Positions 40,174 to 50,525 of a DNA stretch of 64,000 nucleotides are shown one piece after another. Position 1 is the stretch's first letter. Every line of letters begins with the position of its first letter. Under the pieces are notes generated by a model, which saw nothing but the letters and a program-made list of their open reading frames with translations, had not been told where the DNA came from and did no database searches. This DNA is from Candidatus Omnitrophota bacterium (GTDB lineage Bacteria > Omnitrophota > Gorgyraeia > Zapsychrales > JBAZNR01), in contig JBAZNR010000001.1 of the NCBI GenBank assembly GCA_041649175.1, positions 783,497 to 847,496 on the forward strand. Direction: 5' to 3'. Made by a program: the position numbers and the translations under genes.

Positions 40174-41535
40174 ATGAAAATAAAGACACTTTTTATTTGT
40201 CAAAATTGCGGCGCCCAATTTCCGGCATGGATGGGCAAGTGTTCTAGCTGCGAAAGTTGGAACACAATTGTTGAAGAAAATGCCGAGGAATTACCGCAAG
40301 GAATTCATGTCCCGCTTTCCGTCCGAGATGAACCGGTTTTACTCGGCGATGTTTTGACGAAAGATGAAGACCGGATCAAAACCGGCATTGACGAGTTTGA
40401 CCAGGTTTTAGGCGGCGGTATTGTGGCGGGATCGGTAACGCTCATTGGCGGTGATCCGGGCATTGGAAAATCGACATTGTCATTACAGGTGGGCTGTGTT
40501 TTAAGCGAAAAAAAGCATACGGTTCTTTATGTGAGCGGGGAGGAATCGGTTAAACAATCCAAGATGCGTGCTGACCGTTTAGACAGCCACGGAAAAAGCC
40601 ATATTTATATCGTTAATCAGATCGATCTTAATATTATCATCGAACATATTCAAAAGCTGAAACCGGAAGTTGTTATCATTGATTCGATCCAGGTTATTTT
40701 TCACCCCTCAATTTCATCAAGCCCGGGAAGTGTGAGTCAAGTTCGCGAATGTTCGGCGGTGTTAACACAGCTGGCCAAAACCCAAGGAATAGCACTTTTC
40801 ATTATTGGCCATGTGACAAAAGAAGGAATGTTGGCCGGCCCTCGGGTGTTAGAGCATGTGGTCGATACGGTTTTATATTTTGAAGGGGAGCGTTATTCGT
40901 CTTATCGGGTTTTGCGGGCAACTAAAAACCGTTTTGGCTCGACCAATGAAATTGGTGTTTTTGAGATGTCGGCCAACGGATTAATGGAAGTGAGCAATCC
41001 GTCCGAGATCTTTTTATCAGAAAGGCCCAAGGGGTCTTCGGGGTCGGTGGTTGTTCCTATCTTAGAGGGAACACGTCCATTCTTAGTAGAGATCCAAGGC
41101 CTGGTCAGCCGGGCAAGTTTTGGCATGGTTCGCCAAAAGGCGCAAGGGTTTGATCAAAATAGGCTTGCATTATTAGCGGCAGTTTTAGAAAAAAAGATCG
41201 GCCTTAATTTACAGGATAAAGATATTTTTCTTAATGTCGTCGGAGGAGTAAAAGTCAATGACCCGGCGGCAGATCTGGGTGTTGTGGTCGCTATTGCCAC
41301 AGCCCTTTTAGATAAGGCTGTTTCTGCGGACATGGTTGTTCTAGGGGAAGTGGGCTTAGCGTCAGAAATACGCAGCGTGAGCCAGATCAGCTCGCGCATT
41401 AATGAAGCCCAAAAGCTTGGTTTTAAGAGGTGTATTATCCCTAAAAATAATCTTAAAGGAAAAAACGATTTGAAGAATATTAAGATTGATATTATTTCCG
41501 CGGAAACAGTAAAAGAAGTGCTGGACCATTTATAA
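40174..41535 (+). CDS. radA: DNA repair protein RadA (Sms)
   Basis: A Cys4 zinc ribbon at the N-terminus (CQNCGAQ...CSSC), a RecA-like Walker A GDPGIGKST and a Lon-like C-terminal domain. Start at MKIKTLF. Confidence 0.85.
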   Translation: MKIKTLFICQNCGAQFPAWMGKCSSCESWNTIVEENAEELPQGIHVPLSVRDEPVLLGDVLTKDEDRIKTGIDEFDQVLGGGIVAGSVTLIGGDPGIGKSTLSLQVGCVLSEKKHTVLYVSGEESVKQSKMRADRLDSHGKSHIYIVNQIDLNIIIEHIQKLKPEVVIIDSIQVIFHPSISSSPGSVSQVRECSAVLTQLAKTQGIALFIIGHVTKEGMLAGPRVLEHVVDTVLYFEGERYSSYRVLRATKNRFGSTNEIGVFEMSANGLMEVSNPSEIFLSERPKGSSGSVVVPILEGTRPFLVEIQGLVSRASFGMVRQKAQGFDQNRLALLAAVLEKKIGLNLQDKDIFLNVVGGVKVNDPAADLGVVVAIATALLDKAVSADMVVLGEVGLASEIRSVSQISSRINEAQKLGFKRCIIPKNNLKGKNDLKNIKIDIISAETVKEVLDHL

Positions 41536-41604
41536 ATTTTATAAGGCTTTAAGGTCAGAATATTATTCCCTCTGGCCTTAGAGCAAAGAAAGGAAGTGTG
41601 GGTT

Positions 41605-42582
41605 ATGACCCTTTTATTCGTAAGGTTTTTCTTCTTGCTGATCAGCGGGATCGTTGGGTATCAAATTGGAATGATGAGCGACAAGCCGTTGATCGGAATT
41701 ATCTTGGGAGCCGTTTGCGGTATTGTCTTGATCGTTTTGGAAGCCAATATGCGCCGGGTTTCTGTCCGGGGACTGTCCAGCATGGTTTTCGGTTTGGTCC
41801 TGGGGATCATTATGGCTAAATTGATCACGGATATTCTATCACTTCTTCCCCTAGGCGAATTTATTAATTCTATTTTAAAGGTCATTTTAACGCTGGTTTT
41901 TTCTTATTTGGGAGCTGTTATGGCACTGCGCGGTAAAGATGAATTCAATATCATTATTCCGTATGTGCGTTTCAGCCGCCAGGATGTTAAGCAGGATGTT
42001 TTGGTCTTAGACACCAGTTCCATTATAGATGGAAGAATAGCCGATATTTATAAAACAAAGTTTTTAGAAGCACGCCTGGTTATTCCGCGATTTGTTCTGC
42101 AAGAATTACAGCATATCGCGGATTCCGAGGATAATTTAAAACGGCAACGCGGACGGCGCGGGATGGAAATGTTGCGTACCATGCAAAAGGATTCTAGCAT
42201 TGATGTCCATATCCACGAAGATGATGTTACCGGCGGAACGGATGTCGACGGTAAGCTCATCCGTCTTGCAAAGATACTGGATGCGAAAATATGCACGACA
42301 GATTTTAATCTTAACCGTGTTGCCGCGATCCAGGGAGTTTCAACGCTTAACGTCAATGAATTAGCCAACGCGGTTAAAACCGTGGTGTTTCCCGGAGAAG
42401 CGATTGAAGTGCGGCTTATTAAAGAAGGTAAAGAGGCAACCCAAGCTGTTGGGTATATGGATGACGGTACGATGATCGTGGTGACCGATGCTAGAAAGTT
42501 TATCGGCCAGAAGATAAAGGCTGAAGTAACATCCGTGCTGCAAACACAAGCCGGCCGAATGGTTTTTGCCAAGGTGAAATGA
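41605..42582 (+). CDS. membrane-anchored PIN + TRAM domain protein (YacL-like)
   Basis: N-terminal TM helices, a PIN domain (VLDTSSIIDGR) and a C-terminal TRAM beta-barrel. It sits after radA, as in Firmicutes. Confidence 0.65.
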   Translation: MTLLFVRFFFLLISGIVGYQIGMMSDKPLIGIILGAVCGIVLIVLEANMRRVSVRGLSSMVFGLVLGIIMAKLITDILSLLPLGEFINSILKVILTLVFSYLGAVMALRGKDEFNIIIPYVRFSRQDVKQDVLVLDTSSIIDGRIADIYKTKFLEARLVIPRFVLQELQHIADSEDNLKRQRGRRGMEMLRTMQKDSSIDVHIHEDDVTGGTDVDGKLIRLAKILDAKICTTDFNLNRVAAIQGVSTLNVNELANAVKTVVFPGEAIEVRLIKEGKEATQAVGYMDDGTMIVVTDARKFIGQKIKAEVTSVLQTQAGRMVFAKVK

Positions 42583-42583
42583 A

Positions 42584-43273
42584 TTGATGAAAACAGAAGC
42601 CATCATTGTGGCAGCCGGACGGGGAGCGCGTTTAAAAAGTTCCGTTCTTAAGCCGTTTATTCGCCTTGATCAAAAGCCGCTTTATGCTTATTGTTTGAAA
42701 GTTTTTGAGGCGTGTCCGCTCATTGATAAAATTATCATCGTTGTTCATCGAGAAAGCTTCAAGGATTTTGCGCGCATTATTGAGAAATTCCGTTGGAAAA
42801 AAGTAAAAGCGGTTGTCATCGGCGGTGCGACACGCAGAGATTCGGTAAGGCACGGGTTAAACGTACTTGATAAGGATACCCAATTAGTCGCTATTCATGA
42901 TGTGGCGCGTCCGTTCATTAATTCGGAAATTATTTCTTCTGCTGTGCGGACAGCAAAAACAAAAGGAGCATGTGTTGTTGGAGTTCCGGTGAAATCAACG
43001 ATAAAGCTAGTTGACCCCAAGAAAGGCATCGTGCAAAGAACAATTCCTCGGGATCTATTATGGGAAATCCAAACACCGCAAGTTTTTAAAAAAGATATTA
43101 TTCTTAAAGCGCATAAAAGAAATTTAACATTAAAAGCAACGGACGACGCGATGCTGGTTGAGCGCTTGGGAATTAAAGTGAGTGTTGTCAAAGGCGATTA
43201 TCGCAATATCAAGATCACAACACAGGAAGATCTAAGTTTAGCTAAGATGCTGTTGGTATCTAAGGAAAAATAA
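42584..43273 (+). CDS. ispD: 2-C-methyl-D-erythritol 4-phosphate cytidylyltransferase
   Basis: The AIIVAAGRGARL motif. Confidence 0.85.
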   Translation: MMKTEAIIVAAGRGARLKSSVLKPFIRLDQKPLYAYCLKVFEACPLIDKIIIVVHRESFKDFARIIEKFRWKKVKAVVIGGATRRDSVRHGLNVLDKDTQLVAIHDVARPFINSEIISSAVRTAKTKGACVVGVPVKSTIKLVDPKKGIVQRTIPRDLLWEIQTPQVFKKDIILKAHKRNLTLKATDDAMLVERLGIKVSVVKGDYRNIKITTQEDLSLAKMLLVSKEK

Positions 43274-43274
43274 A

Positions 43275-43748
43275 ATGCAACACGTCGGTATTGGTTATGA
43301 CATTCATCGCTTGGTTAAAGGACGCAAGCTTATATTAGGCGGCGTGCATATTCCTTATGCGAAAGGATTGTTGGGCCATTCTGACGCGGATGTTTTGCTT
43401 CATGCGATCTGTGACGCGCTTTTGGGCGCAATGGGCTTAGGCGATATCGGTGAACATTTTCCTAACACCGATAAACGTTATAAAGGAATATCCAGTGTAG
43501 TTCTTTTATCTCAGGTTAAGAAACTCGTTCAAAAAAAAGGTTTTAAGATCCATAATGTTGACTCTGTGGTGATCGCTGAAAAGCCGAATTTGAAAACATT
43601 TAAACCGAAAATGTGTTCCAAAATCGCCCAAACGCTTTCTTTAGCGGAAAGTAAGATTAATATTAAAGCGACAACGCAGGAAGGCTTAGGATTTGGCGGC
43701 GTTAAAGAAGCCATGGCCGCTTATGCGGTCGTTATTGTTTCAAGATAA
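43275..43748 (+). CDS. ispF: 2-C-methyl-D-erythritol 2,4-cyclodiphosphate synthase
   Basis: IGIGYDIHRL...GHSDADVLLHAI. Confidence 0.9.
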   Translation: MQHVGIGYDIHRLVKGRKLILGGVHIPYAKGLLGHSDADVLLHAICDALLGAMGLGDIGEHFPNTDKRYKGISSVVLLSQVKKLVQKKGFKIHNVDSVVIAEKPNLKTFKPKMCSKIAQTLSLAESKINIKATTQEGLGFGGVKEAMAAYAVVIVSR

Positions 43749-43776
43749 TGTGAATTTATGAATTAAGGAGAATCTC

Positions 43777-44463
43777 ATGACAGACATTTTTTATACTATT
43801 CTTTTTGTGATCGCCGGGTTATATGTTTTTGCTTTTCTGATCTCCGTTATTTTCTCCGGTGAGGTCAGGTCGGCCAAAGAAAAAGACCCCGCGGCTAAAG
43901 GGACTTTGCAGATCGTTTTGCTTTATCCGGGCTTGCACGCTATTATTTTTTACCGCATTGCGCATTTCTTATGGAAAATGCACATTCCTTTTTTTCCTCG
44001 GGCGATCTCACAGTTGGCGCGTTTTTTGACCGGTGTTGAAATTCATCCCGGCGCGCAAGTTGGTAAAGGGTTTTTTATTGATCACGGTATGGGAGTTGTG
44101 ATCGGGGAAACAGCTATTGTGGGCGATGAAGTAACACTTTTTCAGGGCGTGACCTTAGGCGGGACGGGAAAAGAAAAAGGAAAACGCCATCCTACTCTGG
44201 GGAGCAATATTGTCGTCGGAACCGGAGCCAAAGTCTTAGGTAATATTACGATTGGCGATAATTCCTATATCGGGGCCAATGCGGTGGTGTTAAGAGATGT
44301 CCCATCTAATTCCACCGTGGTGGGCGTTCCCGGACGGGTTACCAAACAAGACGGAAAGAAAATAGATACGGCTATGGACCATATTCACGTTTTAGACCCC
44401 GTGATGCAACAAATCGAAGAACTCAGCAAAAAGATCAATTCTCTCGAAGATAAAATGAAATAA
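43777..44463 (+). CDS. cysE: serine O-acetyltransferase
   Basis: A hexapeptide-repeat acetyltransferase with an N-terminal TM-like segment, upstream of cysS. Confidence 0.7.
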   Translation: MTDIFYTILFVIAGLYVFAFLISVIFSGEVRSAKEKDPAAKGTLQIVLLYPGLHAIIFYRIAHFLWKMHIPFFPRAISQLARFLTGVEIHPGAQVGKGFFIDHGMGVVIGETAIVGDEVTLFQGVTLGGTGKEKGKRHPTLGSNIVVGTGAKVLGNITIGDNSYIGANAVVLRDVPSNSTVVGVPGRVTKQDGKKIDTAMDHIHVLDPVMQQIEELSKKINSLEDKMK

Positions 44464-44483
44464 CAGAAAGTGCTTTTTATTTT

Positions 44484-45890
44484 ATGGCCGTCCATATTTA
44501 TAATTCACTGACCAAGCGAAAAGAAGAATTCATCCCCTTGAAGGGAAGAACCGTCAACATGTATACGTGCGGGGTGACGGTTTATGATGTTTGTCATATT
44601 GGTCACGCGCGCAGTCTGTATGTGTTTGATATGATACGCCGTTATTTAAAATACCGCGGATTTAAGGTTAATTTTGTCCGCAATATTACGGATGTCGACG
44701 ATAAAATTATCAATAAGGCCAATGAATTAAATAAGAAAAGCGAAGAAGTCTCGCAGGCTAACATTGAAGCGTATTATCAGGATTTAAAGGCTCTTCATAT
44801 TGATACCGCGGACCAAGAACCTCAAGCGACAAGAAATATTCCCGAGATGATCGAACATATCCAGGGGCTTATCGATAAAGGTTACGCGTATGCGGCCGGC
44901 GGAGATGTTTATTTTAGCGTTCGTAAATTTCCCGAATACGGAAAATTATCCGGCCAGTCAATTGAAAAAATGATCGATGCGGTCAGGATCGAAAAAGATT
45001 TAAGCAAAAAAGACCCGCTTGATTTTGCCCTTTGGAAAAAATCTAAAGACAATGAACCTTTTTGGGATAGTCCCTGGGGACGTGGGCGTCCGGGTTGGCA
45101 TATTGAATGTTCGGTGATGAGCCTTAAACACTTACATTGTGAAACCTTGGATATTCACGCCGGGGGCAGGGATCTCATTTTTCCTCATCACGAAAATGAG
45201 ATCGCTCAAAGTGAGGCGCTCTCGCAAAAACCGTTCGCCAAATATTGGATCCATCACGGGCTTTTGACCATTAACGGGCAAAAGATGGCAAAGTCCTTGG
45301 GAAATTTTATTACGGTGAGCGATATTTTGAAGAAATATACGCCGGATGAGCTAAAATTATTCTTTTTGTCTTCGCATTATGCCAGCCCCGTTGATTTTAC
45401 AGAGCAAAAAATGGAAGAATCCCGAAAAGCCTTACAGAAATTCGATATTTTATTCTGGAAAACAGCAGAAGTTCTCAAGGATCAGAACATCAAGAGCTCT
45501 TCCGTCGTTAATTTTGTGGAAGAAGCAAAAAATAATTTTCTTGCCGCGATGGACGATGATTTTAATACGCCGCAAGGATTAGCCGCTCTTTTTGACCTCA
45601 TTAATGAAACGAATAAACTTTTGAGCAAAGATAAAAAAACTGCTTCTGATATCGCTGCTATTGATCAGGCTGTCAGCCTCGTAGAAGAATTGGCAAAGAA
45701 TATTTTCGGGCTTTTTACCGCAGAAACCGAGAAGATATTATCCGAAGAATTAGAGGATATTTTAAATGACCGTAAAAAATCACGGCAAAACAAGGATTTC
45801 AAACGTTCCGATGAATTGCGAGACGTCTTAAAGAAAAAAGGCGTGATCGTCGAAGATACTAAAGAAGGGCAGGTTTGGAGATGGGCGTAA
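44484..45890 (+). CDS. cysS: cysteinyl-tRNA synthetase
   Basis: Class I motifs HIGHARS and KMAKS, and zinc-binding Cys residues. Confidence 0.9.
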   Translation: MAVHIYNSLTKRKEEFIPLKGRTVNMYTCGVTVYDVCHIGHARSLYVFDMIRRYLKYRGFKVNFVRNITDVDDKIINKANELNKKSEEVSQANIEAYYQDLKALHIDTADQEPQATRNIPEMIEHIQGLIDKGYAYAAGGDVYFSVRKFPEYGKLSGQSIEKMIDAVRIEKDLSKKDPLDFALWKKSKDNEPFWDSPWGRGRPGWHIECSVMSLKHLHCETLDIHAGGRDLIFPHHENEIAQSEALSQKPFAKYWIHHGLLTINGQKMAKSLGNFITVSDILKKYTPDELKLFFLSSHYASPVDFTEQKMEESRKALQKFDILFWKTAEVLKDQNIKSSSVVNFVEEAKNNFLAAMDDDFNTPQGLAALFDLINETNKLLSKDKKTASDIAAIDQAVSLVEELAKNIFGLFTAETEKILSEELEDILNDRKKSRQNKDFKRSDELRDVLKKKGVIVEDTKEGQVWRWA

Positions 45891-46507
45891 GAAAGGGAAT
45901 ATTCATTACTTTTGAAGGCTTTGAGGGTTCTGGAAAAAGCACACAGGCAAAACTATTGTGCCGTTATCTGCGCCGGAAGAAAATGGATGTTTTGCACGTT
46001 CGTGAACCCGGTGGAGTTAATATTAGCGAAAAAGTGCGCCAAATCCTTCTTGATGTCAAAAATAAAAAAATGACCAAGGTCTGCGAAACACTTCTTTATA
46101 TGGCGGCGCGCGCCCAGCTCGTCGAAGAAGTGATCTTGCCGGCGCTGCGTAAAGGAAAAGTGGTTGTCTGCGACCGATTTCTAGATTCCACGCTTGCCTA
46201 TCAAGGCTACGGTTGCGGAGTGAATATTGAATTGATCAAAATGATCGGGCGTTTCGCGACACAGGATGTTAGCCCTCATTTAACGCTTCTTTTTGATATT
46301 GATGTCAAAAAAGGATTAGCCAGAGCAGGGCGGGTGAAAGATAGGATCGAAAGCCGTTCTTTGGATTACCATAACCGTGTGCGGCAGGGGTATTTAAAAA
46401 TTGCCAAACAAAATCCAAAACGTATACGCGTTATTGATTCTTTAGCGAGCAAAGAAGAGATACAAAAAAGTGTGTGTGCCATTATCAATAGATTTTTAAA
46501 AATATGA
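45875..46507 (+). CDS. tmk: thymidylate kinase
   Basis: The P-loop FEGFEGSGKSTQ and DRF/LID motifs. Confidence 0.85.
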   Translation: MEMGVRKGIFITFEGFEGSGKSTQAKLLCRYLRRKKMDVLHVREPGGVNISEKVRQILLDVKNKKMTKVCETLLYMAARAQLVEEVILPALRKGKVVVCDRFLDSTLAYQGYGCGVNIELIKMIGRFATQDVSPHLTLLFDIDVKKGLARAGRVKDRIESRSLDYHNRVRQGYLKIAKQNPKRIRVIDSLASKEEIQKSVCAIINRFLKI

Positions 46508-47475
46508 TCACCGAAACAAATATTGCGTATAGTCCGGTCGTAAAACGTTTTGCTGAATTTATAAAAAATAAACGTTTAGCGCACGCCTATCTTTTTATCG
46601 GGCCGGCATCATCCGGGAAAACCATTACAGCTTTTACGATCGCGAAATTAGTCAATTGCGAGAACCCTAAAGCAGGCGCGCCATGCGAGGCGTGCGCGTC
46701 GTGCGTTAAGATCGCAAACGGCAATCATCCCGATGTGCATTTTGTCAGCTCCGAAGATAATACATCGATAAAAATAGAACAAATTCGCGATATGATCAAT
46801 AAGATCCAGCTTAGGCCCTTTGAAGCTGAGAAGAAAGTATTTATTATTAAGAATGCCGAACAATTAACGCTGGAAGCGGCCAACGCGCTTTTAAAAACTT
46901 TAGAGGAACCGTCAGCAAATAGCCTTATTATTTTGACGACCGCGTCTTCGGAAAAGAATTTAGACACCATTAAATCCCGATGCCAGATCATCCATTTTTC
47001 GCTCTCTACGCCTAAGGACCTAGAAGAGCATTTGTGCAAACGCGCCGGCTTAGATAAACAAAGCGCGCACTTTTTAGCGTATTTCACGGAAGGGTCTTTG
47101 GGGAAGGCAAATCGTATGGACAGCCAAATGATCTTAAAACAAAAAAATGCCATTATTGATTTCTTCTTAGATCCGGAAAGCTCGCCTAATGATTTGCGCC
47201 TTATCCTAAGCGATAAAGAAAAGACCAAAGAAGCATTAAAAGTTGTTTTAACCTGGTTTCGTGATATCCTTTTCATCAAAATGGGGATCGCTCAGATCCG
47301 TCTCATTAACACAGATCGCCTTGATGACCTTAAGCGCTTAGTCTCTGTCTATTCCGTCGAAGAACTTAACATCATCTTGCAGGAATTCTCAAAAATGATC
47401 GAGCTTTCGGAAGATAATTTCAATATTAAAATCGCTTTAGCCATTACAAAGGAGCGGCTATGTCCAAGATCATAG
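46504..47475 (+). CDS. holB: DNA polymerase III delta-prime subunit
   Basis: An AAA+ clamp-loader fold (GPASSGK, a C-x2-C-x2-C zinc motif CEACASC), downstream of tmk. Confidence 0.75.
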   Translation: MITETNIAYSPVVKRFAEFIKNKRLAHAYLFIGPASSGKTITAFTIAKLVNCENPKAGAPCEACASCVKIANGNHPDVHFVSSEDNTSIKIEQIRDMINKIQLRPFEAEKKVFIIKNAEQLTLEAANALLKTLEEPSANSLIILTTASSEKNLDTIKSRCQIIHFSLSTPKDLEEHLCKRAGLDKQSAHFLAYFTEGSLGKANRMDSQMILKQKNAIIDFFLDPESSPNDLRLILSDKEKTKEALKVVLTWFRDILFIKMGIAQIRLINTDRLDDLKRLVSVYSVEELNIILQEFSKMIELSEDNFNIKIALAITKERLCPRS

Positions 47476-48257
47476 AGGTTAAGATCGGTGAATTTCGTCC
47501 CGTTGTTTTCTTTGAGTGCGGGGAGGTATCTGTTCGTTATGGGGATTATGTAATCGTGGAAGTTGACCGCGGTATGGAATATGGGCAGATGGTCAGCGAA
47601 GATCTCATCAAGGCAGAAATTAAGCCGGAAAATATCGAAGGAAAGATTTTGCGCATTGCCACCGTGCAAGACTTGTTGCAGGTCGAGGATAATCGCAAAA
47701 AAGCCAAAGAGGCGCTTAAAACCTGTACGGCTAAGATCGAAGAAAGCAAAGTGGAGATGCAAATAACCCAATGCGAATATTCTTTTGACGGCAGTAAGAT
47801 CATTTTCTTTTTTACGGCCGAAGGCAGAGTGGATTTTCGCGAACTAGTCAAAGATCTCGCTAAGATATTTCGCGTACGTATCGAATTAAAACAAATTGGT
47901 GTGCGCGATAAAGCAAGGATCGTCGGAGGATACGGGATTTGCGGGCGGGAATTCTGCTGTTCATCGTATATGAAAGATTTTCACCCCCTAACGATCAAGA
48001 TGTCAAAAGATCAAAATCTTCCTTTAAATCCATCCAGAATTTCGGGCGTTTGCGGGCGTATCAAATGCTGTATGGCGTATGAATTTTCCGTTTACCGCGA
48101 ATATGCTAAAGACCTGCCTCGAGTGGGAGAAAAAATAACCACACCGCAAGGCAAGGGGAGAGTCATTGATATTAATATTTTAAAACGATACGCTTTGGTG
48201 GATGTGGGCGAAGGCCAAGTCTCTAAGATATTTTTCAATAAACATAATGACAACTAA
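47460..48257 (+). CDS. PSP1 C-terminal domain protein (YaaT/RicT-like)
   Basis: The PSP1 region (VRIELKQIG...CGRE-C) and a Firmicutes-like position after holB. Confidence 0.7.
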   Translation: MSKIIEVKIGEFRPVVFFECGEVSVRYGDYVIVEVDRGMEYGQMVSEDLIKAEIKPENIEGKILRIATVQDLLQVEDNRKKAKEALKTCTAKIEESKVEMQITQCEYSFDGSKIIFFFTAEGRVDFRELVKDLAKIFRVRIELKQIGVRDKARIVGGYGICGREFCCSSYMKDFHPLTIKMSKDQNLPLNPSRISGVCGRIKCCMAYEFSVYREYAKDLPRVGEKITTPQGKGRVIDINILKRYALVDVGEGQVSKIFFNKHNDN

Positions 48258-49770
48258 AAAGTTCTACGTTTCAACACCGATCTACTATGTCAATGATCAG
48301 CCGCATATCGGCCATGCCTATACGACGATTCTCGCGGATTGTCTGTCGCGCTATCATAAGGCGGCGGGCGATGAGGTTTTTTTCTTAACGGGGCTTGATG
48401 AGCACGGCCAAAAAGTGCAATCGGCCGCCGAGAAAAAAGGATTATTGCCGCAAGCCCACGTCGATGAAATGGCGCCGCGCTTTCTCGAATTATGGGAAAG
48501 GCTCGGCATACAATATTCTGATTTTATCCGCACCACCCAAAGCCGCCACAAGCAAGTTGTCCAGGACTGCTTAAAACAAATTTATGACAAAGGCGATATT
48601 TATACGGACGAATACGAAGGATGGTATTCGGTCGCCGAAGAACGTTTTATAACGGAAGAAGAAAATAGGTCAGGCAAGTTTCGGGAAGTCAAAAAGCTTA
48701 AAGAAAAGAATTATTTCTTTAAGATGAGTAAATATCAAAAACAGCTTCAGGAACATATCGAAAAAAATCCCGGATTTATAGCACCCGATCATCGGCGTAA
48801 TGAAATTTTAGGTTTTTTGCGCCAGCCTTTAGGGGATTTGTGTATTTCGCGTCCCAAATCACGCCTTAACTGGGGCATTGAAATTCCCTTCGATCAAGAT
48901 TATGTCACTTACGTTTGGTTTGACGCTTTGGTCAATTATATCTCGGCAATTGGTTTTGGCAGTGATGATAAAAAGTTTCAAAAATGGTGGCCGGTGGATG
49001 TGCATTTAATAGGTAAGGATATTCTTACCACCCATTCGGTGTATTGGTCGACGATGTTATTGTCGCTGGGCGTTGCTCTTCCCAAAAAGATATTCGCTCA
49101 TGGTTGGTGGATGACGGGGGAAGCGAAGATGAGCAAATCCTTAGGTAATGTGGTCAGCCCCTTAGATTTGATCGAACAGCATGGCGTTGACGCGGTGCGT
49201 TATTATTTAATGAAAGAAATGATTTTAGGAAATGACGCTAATTTTACGCCGGAAAGTTTTATCAAATGTTACAATTCGGACCTTGCGAATGATTTTGGCA
49301 ATCTGTTGAACCGAGTGAGTGGGCTTATTAATAAACTTTTTGAAGGGAAAATTCCGGATCAGGGAAAAATAGGGGCGGCCGACGAAGAAATAAAGAAAGC
49401 CGCCCAATCATTATTTCCTGAAACTCAAAAACTTATTGATGAATTAAAAGTGCAGGAAGCCATTGAAGCAACATTGCAGTTGGTGCGAATGGTCAATAAA
49501 TACGTGGAGTCTCAAGCCCCTTGGAAAGTTGCTAAAACTGACCTTACGCGCGCCGGAACCATTCTTTATACGGCAACCGAAGCTTTAAGAATTAGCGCGG
49601 TTTTGCTTACGCCCGTCATGCCTTCAAAGTGCAAAATCGTTTTAGAAGTGTTGGGCGCCCCCGACGAATCAACTCAATGGGGCGCCCTCGTTCCCGGTAC
49701 AAAATTAAAACTTCATGAAGCACTGTTTCCGAGACTGGAAACAAAGAATAATGAAAATCCTAAATCCTAA
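48247..49770 (+). CDS. metG: methionyl-tRNA synthetase (short form, no C-terminal tRNA-binding domain)
   Basis: TPIYYVNDQPHIGH and KMSKSLGN class I motifs. The start at MTTKKFY overlaps the previous gene's end; an alternative in-frame upstream start is at 48202. Confidence 0.85.
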   Translation: MTTKKFYVSTPIYYVNDQPHIGHAYTTILADCLSRYHKAAGDEVFFLTGLDEHGQKVQSAAEKKGLLPQAHVDEMAPRFLELWERLGIQYSDFIRTTQSRHKQVVQDCLKQIYDKGDIYTDEYEGWYSVAEERFITEEENRSGKFREVKKLKEKNYFFKMSKYQKQLQEHIEKNPGFIAPDHRRNEILGFLRQPLGDLCISRPKSRLNWGIEIPFDQDYVTYVWFDALVNYISAIGFGSDDKKFQKWWPVDVHLIGKDILTTHSVYWSTMLLSLGVALPKKIFAHGWWMTGEAKMSKSLGNVVSPLDLIEQHGVDAVRYYLMKEMILGNDANFTPESFIKCYNSDLANDFGNLLNRVSGLINKLFEGKIPDQGKIGAADEEIKKAAQSLFPETQKLIDELKVQEAIEATLQLVRMVNKYVESQAPWKVAKTDLTRAGTILYTATEALRISAVLLTPVMPSKCKIVLEVLGAPDESTQWGALVPGTKLKLHEALFPRLETKNNENPKS

Positions 49771-49892
49771 TATCGAAACCTTAAACAAATTCAAAATCAG
49801 AAATCCGAATGTTCAAAACACTAGTTTTGGATTTATGTCATTTGAATTTTGATATTGTTTAGAATTTAGAGTTTAGTGTTTAGGATTTTTTC
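49754..49892. repeat. AT-rich nested imperfect palindrome / AATCCTAA-TTAGGATT repeat element, between metG and the next gene
   Basis: Outer arms gaaaatcctaaa (49754-65) / tttaggatttttt (49879-91). Inner arms aaattcaaaatcagaaatccgaa (49787-809) / ttttggatttatgtcatttgaatttt (49825-50). Confidence 0.5.
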
Positions 49893-49925
49893 GAACTTAA
49901 CATTTAATCTAACATAAGGAACAAT

Positions 49926-50489
49926 ATGAAGAAAACCGTTAAGCGTAAAGTTGCTGTTCGTAAAGCCCCTGAAACTGCCGCGCCAAAAGCCGCTCCCAAG
50001 GTCGCGCCGGATGTCGCGGATCTGATGTATAAGATAGAACAGCATTTGACCTTTTTAGAAAAAAAGATCGATACTCTCATCAATCAATCTTCGCAAAGGC
50101 CGGCTGAAGTAAAGAGTTTTCCAAAGCCCTTCTTGCCTTTTAACCGTCCTTCTCATAGCGAGTCTTTTAGCCGCCCTTCTCATGGGGAGCATTTTGACCG
50201 CCCTCGCCATGGAGGAGGCAGAGAAGAGAATAGCTTTAGAGAAAGAAGTATGACCCGGGCGATTTGCGCGGATTGCAAACAAGAATGCGAAGTGCCTTTT
50301 AAGCCCACCGGTGAGCGCCCTGTTTACTGCAAGGAATGTTTTTCAAAGCGTAAAGACGCCGGAACGTTTTCAGGCCGCCGCGATCATGAGCATAAAGGGC
50401 ATCGACGAGAAGATTTTTCTCACACAACGCATTCCCATAAACACGAAGGTGGCCCCGTCCGTAAACACGGAAAAAGAGGGAAGTATTAA
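49926..50489 (+). CDS. lysine/alanine-rich protein with RPxH tandem repeats and a CxxC-x17-CxxC zinc ribbon; function unknown (possibly nucleic-acid binding)
   Basis: An AAGGAA RBS. It contains KRKVAVRKAPETAAPKAAPKVAP, a run of FNRPSHSESFSRPSHGEHFDRPRHGG, and CADCKQEC...CKEC. Confidence 0.6.
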   Translation: MKKTVKRKVAVRKAPETAAPKAAPKVAPDVADLMYKIEQHLTFLEKKIDTLINQSSQRPAEVKSFPKPFLPFNRPSHSESFSRPSHGEHFDRPRHGGGREENSFRERSMTRAICADCKQECEVPFKPTGERPVYCKECFSKRKDAGTFSGRRDHEHKGHRREDFSHTTHSHKHEGGPVRKHGKRGKY

Positions 50490-50502
50490 AAAGGTACGTG
50501 TC
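50487..50502 (+). repeat. direct repeat copy 1 (taaaaaggtacgtgtc), with an adjacent GTGTCTTTGG box
   Basis: Identical 16-mer to 50868-50883. Confidence 0.7.
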
Positions 50503-50525
50503 TTTGGAAGCTGAAAGGAGAACGA

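Noticed and set aside
48202-48246. Upstream start for metG (MWAKAKSLRYF...).
   Set aside because: Class I synthetases start close to the PIYY..HIGH segment. ATG at 48247 fits, though the upstream start cannot be fully excluded.
49873-49892. Reading the metG-downstream palindrome simply as an intrinsic terminator.
   Set aside because: The stems are AT-rich and nested, with long loops. This is unlike the compact GC-rich hairpins seen at 3555-3607 and 10516-10560, so it was kept as an unexplained structured element.
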